64,000 bases of DNA from Hyphochytrium catenoides (Eukaryota; Protista; Hyphochytriomycota): contig FLMG01001160.1 in the NCBI GenBank assembly GCA_900088475.1, forward strand, positions 62,001-126,000, written 5' to 3'. A program made the position numbers and the translations under genes. A model generated the notes under the pieces. That model did not search any database, had not been told where the DNA came from, and saw only the letters and a program-made list of their open reading frames with translations. This document shows, in pieces, positions 29,996 through 43,642 of the stretch (positions within the stretch are counted from its first letter, which is position 1; each line of letters begins with the position of its first letter).

Positions 29996-32900
29996 GGATC
30001 TTGAAGATACGCTGGCAGGCAGTGCAGCATGGACTCAGGAGACCAGCTAGTGTAGTTCTAACAGTTACACAAAAGCGGCTGAGCTCTGTCATAGTCTACT
30101 ACTGCACTTGGTTCTTCTCATTCAGTTGTATTGGTAGCGGTGGAGGATGGAGGATGCATGCCTTCAAGAATGTTATGGGTGATGATGCTTTAAGGGCGAG
30201 CTGATGCATGATGATGAGGTCTTGTGGTAGCTCCGAGGCAGAGAAGGCAGAGAGCTTTTTACACCCAGAGGTAGAACGGCAGATAAAACTCCAATGTAAT
30301 AAGAGAGAACTAAGAGGGTTAGTTAGTTGTAGAAGCCAGGCAAAGACTCTTAGACCACAAAGGGACAAGAACTGATTGTCCCCATTGAGCGATGGCGCCC
30401 TCGTTTGGTGAGTAAAGTGTCCACCAGATCGCCAAAAAGGGAGAGATGATGCTGAGTTGGGCTAATCTACAAGCGATGACTGACAGGCTGCTGGAAACTG
30501 GAATTCTATTTTGGTCATCTTCCCTCTTGATGAATGTAGCAGGGCTGATGTTTGGTGTTGAAGCTGCTACTTGTACATACAAACGAGGACAGGATAGAAC
30601 GATTCTACCGTATTTGCCTAAAGAGAATATTAACAAAACACAGCCGCCAGCCAAACACCACAAAGAAAGAAGATGCAAGCGCCAAAAAAATAGAAGTCAA
30701 ACCTTTGGCCTTGCCTTCGTTCCACAGTGGCTCTATGCTTCGCCGCCCCAATGACAGGATAGAAGCTTGAAGCTTAGGGAGCACATAGTAATACATGGAC
30801 AGCTTGCAAAGACTTTGAGACGCTATCTTGACTGGCCCTAGTACGCTGTCAAGTGCCTGCAATTGGAGGAGGGGATCTGTCTGTATGAAGGCAAGCTAGA
30901 GTTTGCTGCTCAAGGTAATAATGCTTTGCAAGGTGCTCTCATCTTCACATGGGTATTAGTAGCCTCATGTGTCAAAGAGAATAAGGCTGCAGCGAATGTC
31001 CTAAGAAACAGATGGAGGGATGCGTAAGGTTAGGTCCAAAATCTACAAGGCTATGACGGAGAAGCTGGTCATACAGAGCTAGGAGCTAATTACAATTACA
31101 CAAGGCTGACAAACCACAAATAGTCGCTCTGCTGCTTATAGTAAGGAGGCGTGTTGATCGCCATGAGCTGTAGCTCCAAAGCGAAGCCCTTCTACTTCTA
31201 GAACAGCCATCAAACGCCTTTCGCAGCCATCCTGGAAATATCGTATGCATGCAAGCTAATCAATCGCCTTTTCAGGAGGGTGTAGAGGAAGGGGGAACGC
31301 ATCCATGTTCTGTGGGTCGCGGTCAAGATCAGGCAGTAATAATAAGAATGGATAGTTGAAGCATTCTTTAATGCTTGGTCCCTCGTCTCAAGCCATTGTA
31401 GGTTTGAAATCTATAGACAGAAGACAGACAAAGGGTCGGCTGGGTCCAAATATACCCCCTGCCTTTTTAGAAATAGAAGCGAGATTCTGTCAGCTTGGGT
31501 GGAACCCTTTGTACCGGACCCAAAGCTTGTGGTCCAGAGTCTTTATTGGGACTTCTGCCCTTTGCATGGTCACCAATACTAATTTCCTTCTTTGGATGGG
31601 TGATCAGAAGGAACTCAAGAAGGCAGGTAGCAGTTTGCTTGATCTTTTCTTCCTACTCATCAGGCGTAAAACCTTTTATCCGCAGCCCGAGCCTAGCTCA
31701 CCGTATCCTTGATTAAGCATGTAGTGGTAGAAAGTAATGGAAGCATCCTGAAACTACGGTAGGGTATGAAAGTATGAAGGTATGAAACGGGGTCTATTGG
31801 CAGTATTGGAAGAGAGTGAGGCAAATAGAAGCTGGATTATTAGAGCCTCGCCGACATATAGCAATAAAGTTACGGGGCTATTATGAATCTCTAATTTTTG
31901 CGTGGCATACCATACTACGCTTATTAGGCCGAAGGTAGTGCCAAAATTAGGGCGAACGTACTTATATAGACCAATCCGGTCCTGTTTGATAGTTCTTCCA
32001 GTAGAATTCTAATAAGGACTAATCAAAGTCTAGCAAAAGTATTCAAGGACATAGACCTCTTGAGTTCTGCTCCTATCATACAAGCCTTCCAGCACTACCA
32101 TCTATTGCGTGGGAATAGTATTTGGGGAGTAGCAGTAGAATTCACTTTAATGCTTTCTACAAGTAGTAGTAAGAGCTTTCTAAAAGTGGTCAATAAACGA
32201 AGGTAGAATTACATTCTTCTGGTGCTTGCTTGGAGTTTCTTTTGAATCGGTCAAGGACGTTGGAAGCCCTTGCTGGTGGGACATTACCCTCTTCGTAGCA
32301 GAAGAATGAGACAGGCAGATCGGTTCTTCGTACTACTAACCTTTCCATTTACTTATTTAGTTCTACCCAGAGTAAATGTTACGAGTATAGCCTACCAAAC
32401 CAAGTCTGGGTGCATGACGCTGGGACAGGGTGGAGATGGAAGAAGAGGAATAAGTTGAGGCCGTGATGTGCTTTCATTAGACCAGCACAAGGCGGGTAGG
32501 ACATCATCATTCCGATTTTGACGCAAAGGGATGGGTGAGTCTCTCACTACGTCTCGATGTTATTCTTAGTATAAGGTTCAGAGCACCGCAGCAGTAGGGT
32601 GAAGGGCAGCAAAAGTAGCAATGAGGTGGGCTGCGGAGGTTCTACACACTGACCAAGAGGTGAAAAGAAAGGTGAGACACAGAGTAAGCAAGACAAGAGG
32701 AACCTTTAGGCTTTAGGTCTAGAGATCTATTATTGATGTCTTTTGTTGAAGAACAATATTTTATGACGGAATATTGTCTTCAAGTTCACCGTATTACCAC
32801 GGCCGCAGCTCATAGGTGATACCATTACCTTAGCCAATCGTATTCCCCCCAAGTAGACATAACCTGTAACAGTTAAACCTTTGTACCCAGCACTATTACC

Positions 32901-33032
32901 CGTACGTTCGCCGCATGAGGGCAGAGGTTCCTGCCATTCTTTGACAGCAAGCTGGAGGCTTCTACTTTTCTGGAAGAACAAACAGACAACTGAAGGTCAT
33001 CACCCAGACGACAAGAGAAAAGAGATCCTCAT

Positions 33033-33089
33033 CCTCTCTCTCTCGTCCCCTCTCTCATCCTTGGCTCTCTCTCTCTCTCATATCCTTGG

Positions 33090-33123
<34 letters not shown>

Positions 33124-33250
33124 CCTCTCTCTATGTCTCTATGTCTCTATGTCTCTCTCTCTCATGCTTCTATTTCTCTCATTCTTTCGACTCCTCCTCC
33201 TTGCTCTCTTCCTCTTCTTTTTACACTCTCCTTTCTGTCTGTCTCTTGAC
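33033..33250 (+). repeat. Imperfect (CT)n polypyrimidine tract upstream of the C2H2 gene
   Basis: Directly visible CT dinucleotide runs. Confidence 0.9.
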
Positions 33251-33879
33251 TCTCGCCACTGAACATTCTTTTCCAGTCTCTCCTCCTCCTCAACCCTTCT
33301 CTCTCCTGTCCGCTCTCGGCCGCTCTCGTCTCAAGGATCCGGACGAGCTTACCGAAGAGAAGAAGAGCTTCTACATGATACCTCTGTGCTGCTGTTGTTA
33401 CCAAACCTTGAGCTGCTTCCGTCTCTGGCTCCCACTCTCTCTCTGCTCTCTTCTCCTACAGCAGGTCGGAGCCCGCGCCGCCTCGTGCTCCTCTAACTCG
33501 CTTCGCTGCTCTTTATTAGTCAAACTTCATGAGTCTTACTGGCAAGAAGCCCCGAACAGCAGCTAAAAGAATACTCTTGCCCTTTACACTGGCGCTTGGA
33601 AGGTTTTTCGCGCTGTACTGTTTACGATCATCCCTTGGTGTACTGCCCACCGCTGCCAAGATTATCCGGCCTTTCTGAGTCCAGAGTGCAGGGTGGCCTG
33701 GGGTTATGATGATCATGGTGGCTTTCTAGCAGTGAAGCATAGCTTTCGGGTCCACACTGTGACCTGAAGCCGGAAGAGTTATATAGCTTTTCTGCTAGCG
33801 CCGACAGCTAATTAGCTCCTGAAAAGGGGCCAGCTGTAATAGAGCAACGCGGGTTGTGCGGCTTGTCCTTTAGCCCGTC

Positions 33880-35773
<1,894 letters not shown>

Positions 35774-36219
35774 AGCCCTACCACGTCCCATGATACATGT
35801 CGTCAAGGCCCCAATGTACCCTAGCATGTGCTTTCATGCCCAAAGCAAGGGCCAAGCCTCAACTCTGTGTTACGAGTAGGCGATGATAGAAGGGCCTGAG
35901 GTGCAGATTGTCTTCCCTATGGGCGTTTGTCGCTGGGTATAGGTGCACTTAGTCTGTGTGTCTCACTCTGTCTGTCATCTTCAGAATAAGGAAGACAACT
36001 CTTGTTCTTCTCACAGTCCTGATTGAAAGGCTGAGCGAGGACCAAGCACTGGCTATTTCGCAAGATCTTCTCCAACGTCTCCATTTTTGTACAGATTAGT
36101 GTCTCCTCTATCTTCTAGCTAAGAAATGGAAAACTCATCAGCTATAATATGAAGAAACCGGGGCTAGGCCCCTCCCTTGTTCCAATCACCAACTGCTTTT
36201 TTCCCCAGTCACTACTGTA

Positions 36220-39189
36220 CTATGGCGATCTCGGTCTACAGTCTAACACCTCCTGCGTGATGTACTCTGATATTGCTTGGGTCCTAAGAAGAAGCTCCAG
36301 AAAGTGCTGGTGATCCTTGGGACAACGCTGGACAAAGTCATCCTCATCCAGCACGGCTATAGCCTCTGAAGCGTCTCCAATAACGAGACACTGCTCCTTG
36401 ATACCCAGAAGTAGTTCCGCTATCAGGGCATTGCACTGGCGAGCTATAATGGCAGCTGGCAGGACTGTGCATTGTCGGCTTCCATATAAGGTGGGCTGCT
36501 CAGGACCATCGCAGCGAGCATTATGCGGCTCCATGGCGTCTTGCAACTCCTCTCGTACCCTGTAAAAGGCCTCAGGTAGACGCTTCCCAGCCTCTGCCAG
36601 GGGATTCCAGCATACTGCCTCTACCTGTTCTGTCCCGTAAAGCTGGCCGTTGTCCAAGTCTACCACCACGACTGGCGATCCAGATCCTACACTAGCTAAA
36701 GTGAAGTACTCGGAGCAGATTCCTACGATAAAGGGGGTGGGGCACTCAAGCAGTGAGCCAAGCCTTTTGGGCAGTACAGGCGCGTAAACGTGGCACCATT
36801 GCAATGGACGAAGCAGATAACGTAGAGCTTCCCCGCACCCAGCTAGCCAGGCGTGTGATGTTGAGTAGAATAAAATTCGACATTCTAGCAAGGCACACGC
36901 TAGAAGCTGCAAGGTACTTGAGACACCCAGCCGCTCAAGCAAGGCGGAGATGTAGTCGGAATTTACATCCTCACCGACCCTACTCCAACTGCCAGTCACT
37001 GGAGACATTAAAGCCTCTTCGTCCTCCAGGTAAGGACTCATTGCCGACGGTCTCGACGAGGACCTATGAAATGAGCGGGACCTGACATATGCGCGGCTGG
37101 ACCTTGATACCATAGCCTCTAGTATGCTCTCAACTTCGGAGAAGGCACTCTCATCAACAGAGAAGTCTGGTTTCATGAGCGTATTTTTGAACACACGGCG
37201 GAGCATTGGTAAGATAGGACATCGTGATAGGATGCAGTGGCCCCGAAGGACAGTGGCCCCTAAGACAGTAGAATTGTTCTGCTTTTCATTCCGCTCCTCT
37301 TCGTTCCGAGCGTTGTAGACATAGGAGACTCCATAGTAGTCGCCTGAGGGCACTGAGTGAACGAAAGGAAAAATAGTCGGCAGCGGAGGACGTTCCGAAG
37401 GTTGAAGCAGTCTCTCGTCGGGCACCAAGAATGGCTGTATGCGTCTGTAGAGTGCTAAACACTCGGTCTCTCCTTGCGGCCCGGGATGCAGTTTTCGCAA
37501 ATGTATGGCTTTAACACTTGACGTAGGTTGGCTCCATGCTACCTGATCCTGGGTTAGACTTCTTGATACTCCCTCCCTAACCTCAAAAGAGACAATCAAT
37601 TCTACTAGAGTGTCCTCAGAAGCCATGTTCCGAAGAGAGTGGTGAGGGATCCGGAAGACAGGGCTCTGATGAATCTGTAAGCCTTTTGGAACCTCTGCTT
37701 GCTTGATTAGTTGGCTGAGCTTAGGGCTGGTTGGAGGCCTATTCCTCTTATCTGTAGAGTCCAACACTTGGCTATCTTCTAGAGCTTCCCTATCGTCTAA
37801 TAGGGCTTTATAGAGCTTGCTGCGGAGGAAGCGTGGATAGAGAGACGCTTCCATGGTAACGAACAGCTCCTACAATATTGAGAAGCAAACATGAGAAAGA
37901 AATTCACCTTGACTGAGCAAACAACCCCCTGCTGAATCTGAGCCCTGTCTCTCCTTGCTTTTCTTTCATTTGGTCTTCTCATTAGGTATCTCCCTTGCAT
38001 AGCCCACGATGTAACGTACTCTAACCCGTTCTAGCTGATCAACCCTACCTGCTGGATCCTTTGCAATGCAGACATCAAATGCGCTTTGCCATCCTCCTNN
38101 NNNNNNNNNNNNNNNNNNNNNNNNNNNNNNNNNNNNNNNNACGCGCAAGAACTGGCTTCAGAGTAAACTCAAGCTGCATCCAGATAAAGAGAGTCATGTG
38201 CTGTCTGGTCTGCAAGAGAAAGAGCAGAAAGTAGTGCGCTGCCCTGGTGTTCTGCAATGCGGCGCGCAAGCGCGTTAGGGGTGACAGGCACAGAGAGATA
38301 TGAGTGTAACACTGGCTCTTACAGCTAGAGTCTTGTCCAAAGGCAGATACTGCCCCACAGAGCCTAACTCGTTCACCATCTCCGCATACTGTGAGCTCCC
38401 CTGAAATCTGGGGAGCTCTTTTTTAGTGAGGTCGTTCTCAATGATGCGTTGGAGGTCTTCTAACGCGGCATCTAGAGTGTCCACGCTCAACAGCTTCTTC
38501 TTCAAAGAGGCTACAGCGTTGCTGTCAAGCCTCAGCGCTGAGGCTATTTCGAAGGGGGAGCTTGACTGAAAGTATTTCTCGTATATCCGTATGCAGTGGG
38601 ATCTCCTAGGAGGTAGAACAGTCAGTGAGGGATAGATAAGGCAGCTCAGCCATGTAATGCAGGGGTTCTCTTAGGTGTCTATAGAACTCTACTCGCACCT
38701 CTGTTCTTTAGAAACCATCTTGACTTGGTAAATCTGTAGAAGAACTAGAACTTTGGACCTCCGGACGTCGGACGATAAGTACTCGAGGAAGTAAGGCAGC
38801 CTGTTAGGATCCTTGATAAGAAAGTCTAGCGACAGTTGCTCTTCTCTGTCCTTGAACAGTCCAGGACTGGCCCTTGGTCGCTCAATCGTTACAGCAGTGG
38901 GGTGGATGGTAGAGTGTTGTCGAGCTTGACTGATTAGGCCGCGGTTACTTGAACGTCCTCTAGTATCTGGAAGAATAGCACCAACGGAGCTCGGCACTAT
39001 GGCCTCCATTATCGCTGACCTAACCCCCACAGATCCCGCAGCAGCCAAGCTGCTTGGGCGGCGCGAGTTTGAGTGCGTGGGTGCATTCTCAGATTTAGCT
39101 GGTGCACCTGAAGGGGACCCCGTCGGGTATCCTTCCTCTTCGCCGAACAGCCATGATTCCAGCCTTCTGGCTCTATTAAGGAGAGACAT
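36220..39189 (-). CDS. RGS-RGS-DENN domain protein (putative G-alpha GAP and Rab GEF)
   Basis: RGS-like 1: LSLDFLIKDPNRLPYFLEYL...IRIYEKYF...ELPRFQGSSQY. RGS-like 2: LPLDKTLANTRAAHYFLLFL...MEASLYPRFLRSKLY. DENN core: ALLECRILFYS...LLRPLQWCHVYAPVLP...LECPTPFIVGI...VVVDLD; dDENN: FLELLLRTQAISEYI. An N-gap at 38099-38140 leaves the central splicing unresolved. Confidence 0.8.
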
Positions 39190-40177
39190 TATCCCTGTCC
39201 GACACCAGATCTACCACTCTGATCTGTCGTGTCGTCCTTTGAACCCTTGAAGACACTGTCCTACAAGAAGCAGGAATCACACCAACAAAGTTTTTTGCTC
39301 TGGGGCCGGCTTGAGGGCAAGAAAAGTAATCAAGGTTTCTACCCCTTCTGAATAAGGAGAGGAATCGCCTGTGTCGCTTGTCAGGCAGCAGAGAGGGAGC
39401 CCGACAACACTAAGTTTCCTCCTATCTAACAACTTCGTTGTCTAGTTTGTTCCAACGCGCGAAGAAGAGGGCGATATGAGACTGGCATCGGAGAGCAGTC
39501 ATGCAGTCATCAGAGCGCCAAGATCTAATGAGCGAACAGGAGCGCCACTGGCAGTCACTCCTGCAGCTCCAAGAAGAGGGCCAATGTCAGAGGCGCAGAA
39601 ACTGTTCGGCAGCTTGTGCGAGGCCGACGGAAGAAGCGGAGAGGAAACGCAGAAATTGGGAAAAAATGCCGCTTCGTTCTTTTCGTGGAACGCCGTCAAA
39701 TCGTGTACGAGCCTAAACAGTACAATAGACAGATTCGGAGGGCAGTGGATTGACCGAAAACAGTCCCTGTATGTCGAAAACAGCGGGTGGTGTCTGCAGT
39801 CTGTAATAAAGGCCCAAGAAAGACTGAGAGGCAAGCTTCATTCCGTCTTCAGATTCGCAGTCTGATGATGGCTCCTGCTCTTGGCGCACGCTCACTCTTA
39901 TTAGGCAGAGCAGCATCAGTCTCTGCTGAGAGTTAGAGGCGAAGTTGCATTCTTATTGCCATCAATAATCCGCCTCTTCTTGCTTTATTGTAGTAGTGTG
40001 GGCCACGCAGCGCGAGTGAAAGCACTTCAGGGCCGAGTCCAGATTGGGCCATCTACAGAACTGGCTCGGTGAATCACCTGTAGAGGTTGTGTGACGCGGA
40101 TGCTTGGTGCCGCATGACTTCACCGTCAGAGGTATAATGTAACAGCATCAGTAAGAAGCAGTGCGTCTGTCAGAGGC

Positions 40178-42352
40178 ATGACCTGGCGGTATATTCTGCG
40201 AAGAGGCGGCAGGGTTGCCCCAGCCCAGCTGAAGGGACTTATTCGCTGGGAGGGAAGGAAGATAATGGGCTCCAGCCGTGGACTTGCTGTGGCGGGATAT
40301 TCCCACGGTTTATTCGTCACAGATTTACTACCCCAGCCGGCGACGTACTATAGTCCGAAGAAACGTGATAGTCAACCGGAGCCGCAGGAACTAGAGTGGA
40401 CACGTCCAGAAGCACGTCAGTCTGACCTTGAACAGCAACTACTTCAGACACTTGCGTCGCCGGACATTACGGTGCCTGAGATGTTGACGAAGCTCAAGGA
40501 ATACGAGGCTAAGACGCAGAAAGTGATTTGCTGGGCTTACACGACGGTAATACAGAGGTGTCGGCGAACGGGGAAACATGAGCATTTTCTCATGGTGTAT
40601 GATGCAGTGCGGGGCTTAGAAGCCGAGCTTCAGTGTGATGCCTTCCGGACACTCTTTTCATACTTTGCGGGACAATGCAGTGACCTAAAGCGGACAACCA
40701 GTCTCCTGAAGTGGACATTGGATCATCAACTGGAGGCCAACAGGATCGAGATCTTGAGACCAGTATGGGAGGATGCATTTTTGCTCTTCTGCCGACTGCA
40801 CGCTCCCGCACACGCTTTTGAGATCTGGAAACTATACGCTCGTCATGGGTTGCAGCCGTCACGGGATATGTGGAACTACTTTGTCTCAATGTGCGGAAGA
40901 ATGGGAAAGATTGACCAATTGGACGCCGTGCTTAGAGATATGATCTCCGTGAATAAGCTGGTACCAAGGCCCGGTACTCTTCACCGTGTGATGCTAGCCT
41001 ACATTGAAGCGAACAGAATTGACAAGGCGGAGATGCTGCTGCAATGGATTATGGATCAGAAGGTGATGCTCAATAGCAATGACTTGCCTATATCCATCAT
41101 GAAGCTCTACGAAGTAAAAGCAGACGTAGCAGAGGCACACTCAATGTTCAAATGGCTCAGGGAGGACAAAAAGGTGGTGCTACCTGTAGCTGCCAACAAC
41201 ATTATGCTCAAAATGTATGCCAAAAACCAGCTAGCTGACTACGCCTCCATTCTGTTGGAAACCATGATAGAAGAAGGCCAAAGGAAAAGACTTCGGAGGC
41301 CGAATGTGGAAAGCTTCAACGCGGTACTCCAGGCGCACGCTGCTGCCGGGAATTTGGAAAAGGCCCTTGCGACCTTCAAAGTTATGACTGAGAGGTACAA
41401 GATTGACCCCGATGAGACCACCAACGCTATCATCGGAAGCTTTGCCCATCGATACGACCTAAAGGACTTTTTGAGGCGGGTCATGCCCTACAAAGGTTTT
41501 TTGCCGTCACTTCTTGTCGAGTATTGGCAACGATCAGATTGGAAGAAAGTCATTGAGGTTGCCAAGGTCATGGATAACCAAGGCATAAGCCATACCAGAT
41601 TATCAAAGCTCCTCGCTGCAGGGTCGCATGCCGTGGTAGGGAGTAGTTCAACAGCCAAGGATCTGATATTAAGCTACCTTGCTGAGGGTGGCAAGCAAGT
41701 CAAGGCAACTACCTGCACCAAAATACTGCGTGCCGTGGGGTCCGCGTTTGGCAGCCATGAGGCTATTACGCTTTACAGACGGCTGCAAGAGAAAGGCCTG
41801 AAGCCTGACATTGTTCTCTTTACCGCCCTTATTCACATAACTACAAAGGAAAAGAACGTCATGGCGGCAGAGGAGGTACTTGCGGCAATGGTAGCCCAGA
41901 ATATGAAGCCAGACTTTCGTGTTCTTACCAGTCTGCAAAAGCTCTATTGCGAAGCGGCCGAGGTCTCAAAAGCAGAGCAAGTATTTGACGGGTTCTACTC
42001 AATTCAAAAGAGGCCTCCATCCTCAGTGTTCGTCCACTTAATCGTGATGTATCGAAGACTGCAGCGCTTCGATGAAGCCTTAAAGGTTTTTCAGAGATTG
42101 CGAAGCACAGGATACAAGCCAAATCCCGAGATTTATTCCTTTTTGCTCTTCGGAGGGGTGCCAGATGATAAGGAGGCTATTCAAGCGGAGATTGCTTCAG
42201 GTCCGAGCTGGGCACAACGAGAGGCAGAGCTCCAGTCTACCTGCAAGGTTTGGCTAGATAGAGCACACATCGCAATGGCTGGCGACGGCATCAGCATTGA
42301 TGAAGTCTGCGATGCTAGAAGAAAAGTTCTTTCTAGGGGGCTTCCCAAGTGA
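40178..42352 (+). CDS. Pentatricopeptide repeat (PPR) protein, intronless, probably mitochondrial
   Basis: 724-aa ORF with ~35-aa repeats (PNVESFNAVLQAHAAAGNLEKALATFKVM, GLKPDIVLFTALI, GYKPNPEIYSFLL) and an Arg-rich, acid-poor N-terminus. Confidence 0.9.
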   Translation: MTWRYILRRGGRVAPAQLKGLIRWEGRKIMGSSRGLAVAGYSHGLFVTDLLPQPATYYSPKKRDSQPEPQELEWTRPEARQSDLEQQLLQTLASPDITVPEMLTKLKEYEAKTQKVICWAYTTVIQRCRRTGKHEHFLMVYDAVRGLEAELQCDAFRTLFSYFAGQCSDLKRTTSLLKWTLDHQLEANRIEILRPVWEDAFLLFCRLHAPAHAFEIWKLYARHGLQPSRDMWNYFVSMCGRMGKIDQLDAVLRDMISVNKLVPRPGTLHRVMLAYIEANRIDKAEMLLQWIMDQKVMLNSNDLPISIMKLYEVKADVAEAHSMFKWLREDKKVVLPVAANNIMLKMYAKNQLADYASILLETMIEEGQRKRLRRPNVESFNAVLQAHAAAGNLEKALATFKVMTERYKIDPDETTNAIIGSFAHRYDLKDFLRRVMPYKGFLPSLLVEYWQRSDWKKVIEVAKVMDNQGISHTRLSKLLAAGSHAVVGSSSTAKDLILSYLAEGGKQVKATTCTKILRAVGSAFGSHEAITLYRRLQEKGLKPDIVLFTALIHITTKEKNVMAAEEVLAAMVAQNMKPDFRVLTSLQKLYCEAAEVSKAEQVFDGFYSIQKRPPSSVFVHLIVMYRRLQRFDEALKVFQRLRSTGYKPNPEIYSFLLFGGVPDDKEAIQAEIASGPSWAQREAELQSTCKVWLDRAHIAMAGDGISIDEVCDARRKVLSRGLPK

Positions 42353-42453
42353 GGATTTCTGTCTGTACCATACTCTATAAATCATGCGAGCTTCGTTTGC
42401 TTTTTCCAGATTTGTCTCCTTCATCCAAGTCTTCGGGCTTGCAGTTTGGATCA

Positions 42454-42995
42454 TCATGATGCTTTCAACTTCCGTGATTGACGGAGCTCCATTCGCTTAA
42501 CTTTAATCAGCATGTCTGCCATGTTCCTAATCATTAAGAGCTAGAAAGCATGGTCAACGTAACGCCCCCAAATTAGCAAAGCGTTTGAAAGGATCCTGAC
42601 GTAATGCTTGGTGGCCGTACCAGATGTATAAGTCCTATAAAAAGCAGAGGTCCAGCGTAGAGAGCTCCCATAAAAATACCATGGGAGTCAAAGTATTGCT
42701 GTGTGGCAAACGTCCTCCAATGGCTCACGCCCAGGTCATTTAAAGGCTTGGTCAGAGCTAGAAGCCCAACGAGGAGGAAGAAGAGGAGGGTCTGTGTATT
42801 CGTGCTTTTCCGGCCTATGATCACGGCTAAGAGAATAACGATCTCGGCCGCAAATAGAGCGAAGATCCATTTGTCTTCTCTGCAGTTGACAGCATGGTAG
42901 AAGGCTAGAAGAGACTGGGTGAAGGAGTACTCAGGACGCGGGACTTTGCGAATCTCGCTCTTGATCACCTGCTCAATAACTCCATTCCACTCCAT
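42454..42995 (-). CDS. TMEM18: Transmembrane protein 18 homologue, 2 exons
   Basis: AFYHAVNCRED-W, LNDLGVSHWRTFATQQYFDSHGIFMG...PLL. Intron 42541-42620, then a basic tail LIKVKRMELRQSRKLKAS. Confidence 0.88.
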
Positions 42996-43642
42996 AATCG
43001 ACAAGAAGAGGCCAGGAGCCCGACGAGAGGACAAGACCTCCAAGCTCTTCCCGTTGGCGGTTGCTGCTAATCAAGTCAATGTTATGACGCTGTTTATCAC
43101 GATGCGCTTCTTTGAGTCATGTTGGCTCCATTGATGCCATCCAAACTCTATGTCAGATCGCGATGAAGCTGTCGCTGAAGCTCAGACGTGGGAGGCAATT
43201 GACAGATGGCAATCGACCATCATCTGTAGAGTAGGCTCTCTTCTGAAACTTTATGGTTGCTTTCAGTTTGTAAGAAATAAACGCTAGACTCTATCTATTT
43301 GAACTGATCTAGAGTCAAAAGAACTTTCAATGGTTGAAGCTTTCAGTGCTGCGGGATAATCTTCTGTACTCGTAACCTGGCCAAGAAACATGAGCCTGAC
43401 AGCAGCAGCGGGGCAGCTTCTCATGGGCTCATGATGAGGACCAAGAACGGGAGAGAACGAAAGTCTTACCCACTAGAGACGACGCCCTTGGTGGGCTTCT
43501 CTTTCTCATACTCTTCTGCCTACAGACAAAGCAGCATTACTATTCGTCCTAGGCGGTAACTGGCCGTGGCAATCATCAAGCTCCGGCCTCGTGGTCACCT
43601 TGCCATTTTGGTAGTCCGTGTTTAACATAGTTGGCGTAGAGC

